DNA of 64,000 nt from contig CAMCOS010000010.1 of NCBI GenBank assembly GCA_945876565.1, positions 1,244 through 65,243 of the forward strand, in the 5' to 3' direction. The position numbers and the translations under genes are program-made. Below are positions 30,214 through 38,988 of the stretch, one piece after another. The stretch is from Lautropia mirabilis (GTDB taxonomy: Bacteria > Pseudomonadota > Gammaproteobacteria > Burkholderiales > Burkholderiaceae_B). The notes under the pieces are model-generated. The model saw only the letters and a list, made by a program, of their open reading frames with translations, ran no database searches and was not told the origin of the DNA. Numbering within the stretch: position 1 is the stretch's first letter; every line of letters starts with the position of its first letter.

Positions 30214-30317
30214 GGCAGGCGGTAAAACAAAGGTTGTATCAAGCCCGCATTATCGTCTAATTTCTACATAAACAGACTCAGAAACGCCACAAAACAGTCA
30301 CGCTTGCCACATCCAAC

Positions 30318-31835
30318 ATGAATCTTAGCCAGCAGGCACATGATCGGCTTGTCAAACAGCTAGCCAGCCGCTTAAGCAAACAAAGCGGCAAGCGGGCACG
30401 CATCTATCGCACCCACATTTCAAGCGTGATCGTTTGCGGCAAACGCGCGTACAAGCTTAAACGCCCAGTTAAGCTGCCATTTGTGGACTTCTCCACGCTG
30501 GCCTTACGGCATGAGGATTGCGTACGGGAGATGCGCATCAACCGACTCGCCGCCCCTACGCTCTATTTAGGGATGGTCAAAATCACTGGCACGCCAGAGG
30601 CACCACGAATCAATGGAGCCGGGCCAGCACTCGATTGGGCGGTGCTCATGCGGCGGTTTGATCAAACCGCTATTTTGAGTCATCTGATTGAACACGACGG
30701 CATCTCAAGCCAAGATGCCGAGTCACTTGGCCGCTATGTCGCACACCAAATCAGTCAACGACCCGCCCTTAAAGTCCATGTCACCGAAGGGCACCGCCCC
30801 GCCATCGATTGGCTGCAAGAAAGCTTAAATGAAATCACGGGCATCGATGCTGACCTACTGCCTGAAGCCAGCGCCATCGAACAGTGGGCAAAGCGCCAAG
30901 CAAAACAGCACAACGCCTTGATCGAGCAACGCCGCAAAGCGGGCTATTACCGTGACTGCCATGGTGACCTCCACCTGGGGAATTTGTTAAAGCTTGGCAA
31001 AAACATCGTCGCCTTCGACGCGCTTGAATTCAATCGTGACTTAAGCCAGATTGATGCGGTAAGCGATATTGCATTTACTTTCATGGATTTTCTGGCGCAC
31101 GGCCGATCGGACTTGGCCTGGTCAATGATTAATCAGTGGTGCGAAGTAACGAAAGACTACGAAGCACTGTTACTGCTGCGCTACTACACGTTGTATCGCG
31201 CTGTGGTTCGGGCAAAAGTTGCGGCGCTAACGAACCGCAACACCCGCGTTGAATCGTTTGAGCGCTACTGGCGCTTGGCAAATAGGTTAGTGAAACCTGC
31301 CAATGCGCCCAGGCTAATTATCGTTGCAGGACTCAGCGGCAGTGGCAAATCAACAGTTGCACGCGCGTTGGTTGGCAAACGATCAGCCATCCAATTGCGT
31401 GCTGACATCATTCGCAAGCATTTGTTTACTGATCTGCTTAAGGACCCCAAAAGGCTTTACTCAGAAGAGGCTGGCAACGAGACCTACTCAAAGCTAGCCA
31501 CCATCGCCCACCAACTGCTCAAACAAAACCTCACGGTGCTGGTGGACGCGACCTTTCTTGTGCAAGAACACGTCGACCAATTCAGCGAGCTGGCCAATAA
31601 ACACAAAATCACGCTAGAAGTCGTCTGGTGTGAAGCACCGCTGCCTGTTTTAAAGCGGCGGATCAATGCGCGTGCCAAGCTTGGTCGTGATCCATCTGAC
31701 GCCGATGCCGCTATACTCGATCAACAGATCAGACGGCTTGAGAACCACCCCGTGTGTTGGCCAAATCCACCCTACCGTATCGATACGAATACAACACGTT
31801 CCGAAATGATGTATTTCGTTGATCAACTGGCCTGA
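30318..31835 (+). CDS. Bifunctional aminoglycoside-phosphotransferase-like / AAA P-loop kinase protein
   Basis: THIS, AYKLKRPVKLPFVDFST, CHGDLHLGN and FDALEFN in the N-terminal half; GLSGSGKS, DATFL and DPSDAD in the C-terminal half. Confidence 0.9.
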   Translation: MNLSQQAHDRLVKQLASRLSKQSGKRARIYRTHISSVIVCGKRAYKLKRPVKLPFVDFSTLALRHEDCVREMRINRLAAPTLYLGMVKITGTPEAPRINGAGPALDWAVLMRRFDQTAILSHLIEHDGISSQDAESLGRYVAHQISQRPALKVHVTEGHRPAIDWLQESLNEITGIDADLLPEASAIEQWAKRQAKQHNALIEQRRKAGYYRDCHGDLHLGNLLKLGKNIVAFDALEFNRDLSQIDAVSDIAFTFMDFLAHGRSDLAWSMINQWCEVTKDYEALLLLRYYTLYRAVVRAKVAALTNRNTRVESFERYWRLANRLVKPANAPRLIIVAGLSGSGKSTVARALVGKRSAIQLRADIIRKHLFTDLLKDPKRLYSEEAGNETYSKLATIAHQLLKQNLTVLVDATFLVQEHVDQFSELANKHKITLEVVWCEAPLPVLKRRINARAKLGRDPSDADAAILDQQIRRLENHPVCWPNPPYRIDTNTTRSEMMYFVDQLA

Positions 31836-31870
31836 ACGCACATGACGGGCGAATCCCCCTAACACCCTAA

Positions 31871-31884
31871 TTGACTTAAATCAA
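31871..31884. promoter_or_regulatory. FNR/Anr-type box upstream of cydA
   Basis: TTGAC-TTAA-ATCAA inside the longer inverted repeat CCTAATTGA-CTTAAA-TCAATTAGG (31866-31889). Confidence 0.75.
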
Positions 31885-31981
31885 TTAGGCGAACCACTAG
31901 TAGTAATATAAAGACGAAATGAGCTCTATCGTGAGCTCATTGCACTAGAGCACAGCACACCCTATCCATGTGGAGATAGCC

Positions 31982-33388
31982 ATGGAACTTGACCCTCTGT
32001 TTCTTTCGCGTCTGCAATTTGCCTTTGTTGTCTCATTTCATGCGATCTTCCCAGTCTTCACGATAGGACTGGCCAGTTACATCGCCGTTCTTGAGACCTT
32101 AGCCTTGCGCACCCAAAATCCCCATTGGATCAAACTCGCCACTTTCTGGACCAAAATCTTTGCCGTGGTGTTTGGCATGGGCGTGGTCTCAGGACTGGTC
32201 ATGGCCTTTCAGTTTGGCACCAATTGGAGCAATTTCTCCTACACGGCATCGAACTTTCTGGGTCCGATTCTCGCCTATGAAGTGGTCACGGCATTTTTTC
32301 TGGAAGCCGCTTTCTTGGGCGTCCTGCTCTTTGGGCGCAATAAAGTACCGCCAGGTTTACATTTGCTCTCAGCGTATATGGTGGCCATCGGTACATTTAT
32401 CTCATCCTTCTGGATTCTGTCAGCCAACTCCTGGATGCAGACACCCGCAGGCGTTGAGATGCGTGATGGCATGATCCACGTGACCAGTTGGCTGGAGGCA
32501 ATCTTTAACCCCTCTTTCCCCTACCGTTTCGCCCACATGGCGTTGGCCTCTTTCCTGACCGGTGGCTTCGTGGTGGCTGGTGTGTCAGCGCTATACATCT
32601 TGCGCGGACACGCCGTACAAACCGCCCAGAAAGCGCTGAAGATGACCATAGCTTTGCTGGCAGTCATCGCACCGCTGCAACTGTTTGTTGGTGACGCTCA
32701 TGGCTTGAACACTTTGGAGCACCAGCCTGCCAAGGTGGCTGCGATGGAAGGTGCTTGGGAGACCGAATCAGGCTTACCCTTGCTGCTGTTTGCCATACCC
32801 GATCAAGCAGCGCAAAAGAACCACTTCGAGATTGGTATCCCCAAGCTTGCCAGCCTGATCCTGACCCATGATCTGGATGGCACGGTCAGAGGCCTGAAGT
32901 CGTTCCCCGTGGCCGAGCAGCCGCCCGTGTTTCCAGTTTTCTGGAGCTTTAGGGTCATGGTGGGCATTGGCATGCTGATGATCGTGGCGAGCCTCTGGGG
33001 TGCCTGGCTGATGTGGCGTGGCAAATTGCTGCAATCCCGGGGCTACTTGCGTTTGCTGACGTTCATGATTCCAGCGCCCTTTGTTGCTGTGCTGGCCGGA
33101 TGGTTTGTCACCGAAATAGGCCGACAGCCTTATCTAATCTACGGCATGATGACCGCAGCCCAAGCGGTCACACCGAGCTTAACCGGCTGGATGGTGTTGG
33201 CGACCTTAGTCGGTTACGCGGCAGTCTACGCCGTGGTGTTCACCGCCGGCATGCATTTCTTGCGCAAACTGATCAACCACGGCATCAGTGAAGACACATC
33301 TGTCGTCAGTGACACTGGCCGTCCCAAGCGGCCAATGTCAGCGGCTGACCCGCAGCCAAGCGCTGCACCCTCGTTCTTTAATGCGTGA
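31982..33388 (+). CDS. cydA: Cytochrome bd ubiquinol oxidase subunit I (short Q-loop, Cio-like)
   Basis: SRLQFAF, FH heme ligand, FQFGTNW, ANSWMQTP, QPAKVAAMEG and GWFVTEIGRQP. Confidence 0.96.
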   Translation: MELDPLFLSRLQFAFVVSFHAIFPVFTIGLASYIAVLETLALRTQNPHWIKLATFWTKIFAVVFGMGVVSGLVMAFQFGTNWSNFSYTASNFLGPILAYEVVTAFFLEAAFLGVLLFGRNKVPPGLHLLSAYMVAIGTFISSFWILSANSWMQTPAGVEMRDGMIHVTSWLEAIFNPSFPYRFAHMALASFLTGGFVVAGVSALYILRGHAVQTAQKALKMTIALLAVIAPLQLFVGDAHGLNTLEHQPAKVAAMEGAWETESGLPLLLFAIPDQAAQKNHFEIGIPKLASLILTHDLDGTVRGLKSFPVAEQPPVFPVFWSFRVMVGIGMLMIVASLWGAWLMWRGKLLQSRGYLRLLTFMIPAPFVAVLAGWFVTEIGRQPYLIYGMMTAAQAVTPSLTGWMVLATLVGYAAVYAVVFTAGMHFLRKLINHGISEDTSVVSDTGRPKRPMSAADPQPSAAPSFFNA

Positions 33389-33399
33389 AGGAAACAGCC

Positions 33400-34398
33400 A
33401 TGTATGACTTCACGTACCTGTGGGTTGCCATCATTGGGTTTGGCGTGCTGATGTATGTATTGGCGGATGGTTTTGACTTGGGGGTCGGGATTCTGTTTCC
33501 GTTTGCCAAGGACGATGCCGAGCGCGACATCATGATGAACTCGGTCGCGCCAGTGTGGGATGGCAACGAAACCTGGCTCATCCTTGGCGGGGCTGGCCTG
33601 TTGGCGGCGTTTCCGCTGGTCTACAGCGTGTTTCTGCCCGCCCTTTACATTGGTGTTTTCTTGTTGCTTGCGGGCCTGATATTTCGAGGGGTGGCCTTTG
33701 AGTTTCGCTTCAAATCATCGCCCGAAAGAAAGCACCTCTGGAACTTGTCGTTCAGTCTGGGTTCGTTCGTGGCTTCATTTGCGCAAGGCGCCGTGGTGGG
33801 GGCATACATCCAGGGCTTTGAAACAGAAAACTTCCGCTACGTCGGTGGTGCATTTGATTGGCTCACCCCATTTACGGTCATGACGGGCTTGGGGGTGGTA
33901 GTTGGCTATGCGCTGCTTGGCGCCACTTGGTTAGTCCTCAAGACTGAAGGTGAGCTGCAAGACCGTGTGCGTCAATGGGCTCACAAGCTGCTGATTGCCA
34001 TGATGATCTTTTTTGCGATTGTTAGTCTCTGGACGCCCATGATCGACACCTACGTCAATGATCGTTGGTTCGGCAATGTGAGTTGGCTCTGGATCTTGCC
34101 CGCATTGACGGCATTCATGGCGATCATGGTGTGGCAATGGCTTGGCAAGAAACATGATGCCCTGCCCTTCATTGGTACCATTATCCTGTTCGGTTTATTC
34201 TACGGTGGCCTGCTCTTTAGCAAATGGCCCTACGTCGTGCCGCCGAACTATACTTTTCATGATGCGGCTTCTGCGCCTGAAAGCCAATTATTCCTGCTCG
34301 TAGGGGTTCTGTTTGTCGTGCCGTTTGTCTTGATGTATACAGCATGGACGTATTACGTCTTTAGAGGCAAAGTCACCAGTGCAAGTGGATACCACTGA
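33400..34398 (+). CDS. cydB: Cytochrome bd ubiquinol oxidase subunit II
   Basis: YVLADGFDLGVG, PVWDGNETWL and RGVAFEFR. Confidence 0.96.
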   Translation: MYDFTYLWVAIIGFGVLMYVLADGFDLGVGILFPFAKDDAERDIMMNSVAPVWDGNETWLILGGAGLLAAFPLVYSVFLPALYIGVFLLLAGLIFRGVAFEFRFKSSPERKHLWNLSFSLGSFVASFAQGAVVGAYIQGFETENFRYVGGAFDWLTPFTVMTGLGVVVGYALLGATWLVLKTEGELQDRVRQWAHKLLIAMMIFFAIVSLWTPMIDTYVNDRWFGNVSWLWILPALTAFMAIMVWQWLGKKHDALPFIGTIILFGLFYGGLLFSKWPYVVPPNYTFHDAASAPESQLFLLVGVLFVVPFVLMYTAWTYYVFRGKVTSASGYH

Positions 34399-36124
34399 CA
34401 ACTCGAGTTCATCTGCTGACCCAAGGCCGACGCCTGAATTAGCGTCGGCCTCTTTTCTGGGCCAACTCAAGACCGAATCCAAGCCTGTGCTCAGGCTCCT
34501 CGGCATGTCAGCGGCTTTGGCTACTGTGGGTGCGATAGGCTTAAGCGCAGCTTTCGCGCTGATTGTTCATTCAGCCATGAATGATCGCTACCCTGAGCAT
34601 TGGCTTTGGTTACTTGCTGTAGCAGGCATTGGCACAAGGATGATCGCTAACCTTTGGCGTGATCATCTTGGTCAATCCTTGTCTGCTCAGGTGCGAGCCA
34701 ACCTCAGAAGTCAATTGCTGGCACAGGCCACCCAATCAGGTCCGCATCGGCTGGAGCGGCAAGGCAACACGGCCTGGTGGGCACATCAATGCCTAGAACA
34801 GGTTGACGCTTTACATGGATACCTGGCGAGATATCTGCCGGCCAAGCAGGCTTGCGCTGTCATTCCATTGATCATCATTGGCATAACGCTTTGGGTTGAC
34901 TGGATTGCTGGAGTATTGATTTTGCTAGCCACACCCATCATTCCGATTTCGATGATCTTGATTGGATGGGGCACCGAATCGGTGCATCGTGCGCAACAAG
35001 ACCAGCAAGCCTCACTGGCCGCGCACTTGATGGACCGCCTGCAGGCCTTGCCATGGCTTCGGCGCATGGGTGCCACTGAACAGGCCAAACTTGGGGTTGA
35101 GCAAGCCGCCGAGGTCTACCGAAAGATATCGATGCGGGTGTTGCGAGTCGCCTTTCTCTCCTCGGCCGCATTGGAGTTCTTCAGTGCACTGGCCATTGGA
35201 CTGATGGCCATTTATATCGGCTTTGCCTTGCTCGGATTGGTCAGCTTCGGACCTGCCCAACAAATGACCCTGGCCTCGGGTCTATTCATCTTGCTACTCG
35301 CACCAGAATGCTTTTTACCGTTGCGCCAACTTGCTCAAGCGCATCACGACATGAATGCAGCCAAAGCAAGCGCTGAAATTTTGGGCCCGCTCATGAATAA
35401 AGAGTCTGCTGCGACAGCCAAAGGATCTGAAGACCGAGCGGTATTTGGCATGCCGGCCAGCGGTGGTCAATCAGGCTTCGATCAGCCCGATGTGGCGGCT
35501 GATTTGATGGGCGTCACACTAACCTGGCCAGATGCCACTGAGCCGGTACTTAATCGCATTGACCTACGTATTCAGCATGGCGAGATCATCGGCATCGCAG
35601 GCGACAGCGGTCAAGGCAAATCAACCTTGATCAACATTCTGGCCGGCTTTATTGAACCAACGCACGGCAAATCCATTCGTGATCCACACTGGGCATGGCT
35701 TGGCCAGCGCCCTCATCTTTTCCATGCAAGTCTGCGCGAGAACCTATTACTTGGCAGCCAAACACCCATCACAGACGATGCGCTGAAAGTTGCATTGGCC
35801 AAGGTTGGACTGCCACTGCCCAATCCCCTGTTGCAAGCTGGCCTTGACACGCCAATTGGCGAGTCAAGGCAAGGTGTTTCTGGCGGCCAGGCGCAGCGTA
35901 TCGCGCTATGCCGGGCTGTTCTGAGCGGTGCAACACTTTGGCTGCTCGATGAGCCAACCGCAGCGCTAGATGCTGACACCCGCGATGCCTTGCTCGACAT
36001 CATGAGCCAGCACGCCAAACTGAACCACATTACTGTTGTCATGGCAAGCCACGACCAGGCTGCACTGTCACACTGCGACCGTGTCTTTGTCATCAAGAAC
36101 GGCTCTTTGCAGGAGCGCAAATGA
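34379..36124 (+). CDS. cydD: Thiol-reductant ABC exporter subunit CydD
   Basis: RYLPA, LRVAFLSSAALEFF, LAPECFLPLRQL, GDSGQGKST, VSGGQAQR and DEPTAALD. Confidence 0.93.
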   Translation: MQVDTTDNSSSSADPRPTPELASASFLGQLKTESKPVLRLLGMSAALATVGAIGLSAAFALIVHSAMNDRYPEHWLWLLAVAGIGTRMIANLWRDHLGQSLSAQVRANLRSQLLAQATQSGPHRLERQGNTAWWAHQCLEQVDALHGYLARYLPAKQACAVIPLIIIGITLWVDWIAGVLILLATPIIPISMILIGWGTESVHRAQQDQQASLAAHLMDRLQALPWLRRMGATEQAKLGVEQAAEVYRKISMRVLRVAFLSSAALEFFSALAIGLMAIYIGFALLGLVSFGPAQQMTLASGLFILLLAPECFLPLRQLAQAHHDMNAAKASAEILGPLMNKESAATAKGSEDRAVFGMPASGGQSGFDQPDVAADLMGVTLTWPDATEPVLNRIDLRIQHGEIIGIAGDSGQGKSTLINILAGFIEPTHGKSIRDPHWAWLGQRPHLFHASLRENLLLGSQTPITDDALKVALAKVGLPLPNPLLQAGLDTPIGESRQGVSGGQAQRIALCRAVLSGATLWLLDEPTAALDADTRDALLDIMSQHAKLNHITVVMASHDQAALSHCDRVFVIKNGSLQERK

Positions 36125-37776
36125 GCACCTGGCGCTATCTGCTAAAGCTATATCGACCAAGAGCTGGATGGCTGCTCGTCGCGTTCCTGAGCTTAGCGGT
36201 GACATGGCTGTCTGCCGTTGCTTTACTGGCCGTTTCAGGCTGGTTCATCACGGCCTGTGCAATGGCTGGCCTGGGGCTCATCTTAAACCTCAACATATTC
36301 ACGCCATCGACCGCCATTCGAGCATTGGCCATGCTACGAACGGCAGCCCGCTACGCTGAACGCGTGATCGGCCACGAAGCCATTTTGCGCATTCTGACCG
36401 ATCTGCGAGTCAGGTCATTTAACGCGCTAGCCAAGCGCCCTGCCCGCAGCCTAGATCTCACCCGAAACGCTGACCTGGTCAATCGCTTGACTGCAGACGT
36501 TGACACACTAGACGGTGTGCCCCTTAGGGTAATCGGACCGCTATTTGCGGCGCTCCTTACCTGCGTAGCCGTGCTCGCCATCGCAGCTATCTGGGGCGGC
36601 TGGCTGATTGCCACTGTCATCGCGTCAGGCTCCGCACTGACGTTCATCACAGCAATCTGGTGCGCGAGATCTGGACAGTTACGCGGGCAAGCTGTCATCC
36701 AATCGCGCGCAAAGCAGCGGATCGCCATGATGGATCACTTGGGTGGCTTGGCCGATCTCTTGGCCTATGAGAAAGCCAGCACCTCGCAGAAAAGGCTCAG
36801 CGATCTCGATCAAGACCAATCAAAACGACTGGTCTGGCAAGAGCGTTACGTCAGCGTCTCAGAGCACAGCGTACAAGCGCTTACCGGGCTCATGGCGCTG
36901 ACCGTGCTGGCACTGGCTTGGCCAAATCTGGGAGCCCCGCAAGCCACCCTGCTGGCACTGATGACTCTGGGCTTAAACGAAGCGCTAGGCAGCTTGCCTG
37001 GCGCTTTTTGGCGCATGGGTGAGTCCAATGAAGCGGCAAACCGCCTGATGAATCTCGAGACAAATGCTCAAGTCGGTACAGAACGAGCGCAAACGCCAAG
37101 CGATCTTCCCAGCACGTTCGCCAGCGCCAGTCCCGTCGTGGATATCGTCGATTTGTCCTGCCAGCGTCAGCCCGATGCGCGCTTGCGACTCAATGCCCGC
37201 CTGACTGAGGGTCTGCCTTTGGTGGTGCACGGCCGCAGCGGCACTGGCAAGTCAAGTCTCCTGGCCACCATGGCAGGCGAGTTAGACGCAAGCAGTGGTC
37301 AGGTGCTGCTCAATCAGGTCGACTTGTTGATGTTGGCAGACCAATCGCGCTACGCATTGGTTGGGTTTTTAAGCCAAAACGATCAACTACTTGATGTCAC
37401 CATCCGTGAGTTTCTGTGCCTCGGACTGGGTCCCGTCAAAGAGAGTGACTTGTGCCACGCCTTACACATGGTTGATCTGCTGCAGACGCTGCAGAATACC
37501 GAGGAAGGTTTTGCCTATCGACTTGGTGTTGGTGGCAGTCGGGTTTCAGGCGGCCAGGCCAGGCGCCTTCAGCTTGCTGCGCTGCTGCTGCGAGATCCAA
37601 GACTGGTCTTGCTTGACGAACCATTTCGAGGTTTGCAGGCATCGCTGGTGCAGACCATTGTTGAGCGCATGAGCCCCTGGCTATCGAGTCGCTGCTGCCT
37701 ACTCGTGACCCACGATCCGCACGCACTGCCAGAACAATGGCCACGCTTTGCGTGGCCATTGAAGCAACATCGTTGA
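36121..37776 (+). CDS. cydC: Thiol-reductant ABC exporter subunit CydC
   Basis: SGWFITA, RTAARYAERVIGH, DVDTLD, GRSGTGKS, VSGGQARR and DEPF; ATGA overlap with cydD. Confidence 0.92.
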   Translation: MSTWRYLLKLYRPRAGWLLVAFLSLAVTWLSAVALLAVSGWFITACAMAGLGLILNLNIFTPSTAIRALAMLRTAARYAERVIGHEAILRILTDLRVRSFNALAKRPARSLDLTRNADLVNRLTADVDTLDGVPLRVIGPLFAALLTCVAVLAIAAIWGGWLIATVIASGSALTFITAIWCARSGQLRGQAVIQSRAKQRIAMMDHLGGLADLLAYEKASTSQKRLSDLDQDQSKRLVWQERYVSVSEHSVQALTGLMALTVLALAWPNLGAPQATLLALMTLGLNEALGSLPGAFWRMGESNEAANRLMNLETNAQVGTERAQTPSDLPSTFASASPVVDIVDLSCQRQPDARLRLNARLTEGLPLVVHGRSGTGKSSLLATMAGELDASSGQVLLNQVDLLMLADQSRYALVGFLSQNDQLLDVTIREFLCLGLGPVKESDLCHALHMVDLLQTLQNTEEGFAYRLGVGGSRVSGGQARRLQLAALLLRDPRLVLLDEPFRGLQASLVQTIVERMSPWLSSRCCLLVTHDPHALPEQWPRFAWPLKQHR

Positions 37777-37781
37777 GATCA

Positions 37782-38883
37782 AAAGGTGCATTCCCGGCCT
37801 TTGACGCGACCAAGTACCTTGAGGTAGGCACTTTTGCCAGTCGCCTACCGGACGACATCAAGGCGTTGATCGTCAAGCACGGCATTCGCACCAGCTACCT
37901 GATTTCGATTGCACCAACCGGCACCGTTAGCCTGGCATTTGCAGACAATGCCTCTAACGGCATCGAGCCTGCATTCTCCTAGCGTTATCAACGCAAGAAA
38001 CGTGAAGCCGACGGCACCACCCAAGAGTACGCAGTCGAAGACCACGCCTAGCGCCTCAATCGTGAGCTTGGCGGTGACGTTGACAATCTACCGGACCACT
38101 TCATCTCGGCACTTGAACTGTCTGCTGGTGATCACATCGCCATGATGGAAGCCGTTCAGCCCTTTGTCGACACGGCCATTTCAAAAACGGTCAACATTCC
38201 TGCCGACTACTCCTATGCTGACTTCAGGCAGCTGTATGTCAAAGCCTGGGCGGCTGAACTGAAGGGACTAGCAACTTACCGGCCCAACAGCATTCTGGGC
38301 TCGGTGCTCTCCACGACACCCGAACCCGCCAAGACCACGGCGCCAGCGGTTGACCCCATGCGCACGGTTATGGAAAAGTGGCCCAAGGGCAGCCTGCCAG
38401 CAGTAGCCGAAAAGATCGAGCATGTCACCCAAGACGGACAAAAGACCCTTTACGTCGTGGTTTCGTTCATTCCGATCACCGACCCCGACACAGGGGAAAC
38501 CGTTGAACGTGCGATTGAGCTTTTTTATGCCAGTCGGACAAAGCGAGAAATCCCAGCAATGGGTGACCGCCAGCATGCGCCTACTGTCGCTCGCTGCTCG
38601 GGGCGGATTCTTAGAACGTGCGCTTAGCGACATGATCAAGGTCGTCTGGGATCGTGGTCCTGCCAGGCTAGGCACCGTGCTCAAAGCCGATGGCACTGAA
38701 GTGCCGCACTGGCACGACTCCGAGGTTGCAGCAATTGCTTATGCGCTTCAACGCATCATCGATCGCTGGCGCGGGCTGGTTACCGAGGCTGCACATACGC
38801 TTGCACATACGGCTGCAACTACTGCACTGCCTGCGGCCATGTTGGAAGCTGCGGATAGCAGCATTCAAGTGACCGAGTACTAA
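37782..38883 (+). pseudogene. nrdJ: C-terminal remnant of a class II (B12-dependent) ribonucleotide reductase
   Basis: KGAFPAFD, SIAPTGTVSLAFADNASNGIEPAFS*, EDHA*RL, FVDTAISKTVN and LKGLATYRPN. In-frame TAG stops at 37980 and 38049 and a +1 frameshift near 38520 (IE/FFMPVGQ). No N-terminal or NPCGE region. Confidence 0.88.
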
Positions 38884-38888
38884 AAAAA

Positions 38889-38910
38889 GGCCTCCCTGTT
38901 CAGGGAGGCC
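38889..38910. terminator. Bidirectional terminator between the nrdJ remnant and the TRAP permease
   Basis: GGCCTCCCTG-TT-CAGGGAGGCC with an upstream A-run and downstream ATTTT. Confidence 0.8.
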
Positions 38911-38988
38911 ATTTTCTACCACTTAGATCGAATTGACACGGGCACGGAACAAATAAACCCGCGCCATCGCATCACAGCCACCGACACG

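Noticed and set aside
34379-34420. A small cydX/cydS gene after cydB
   Set aside because: cydD overlaps the cydB stop, leaving no room; short Q-loop bd oxidases commonly lack CydX.
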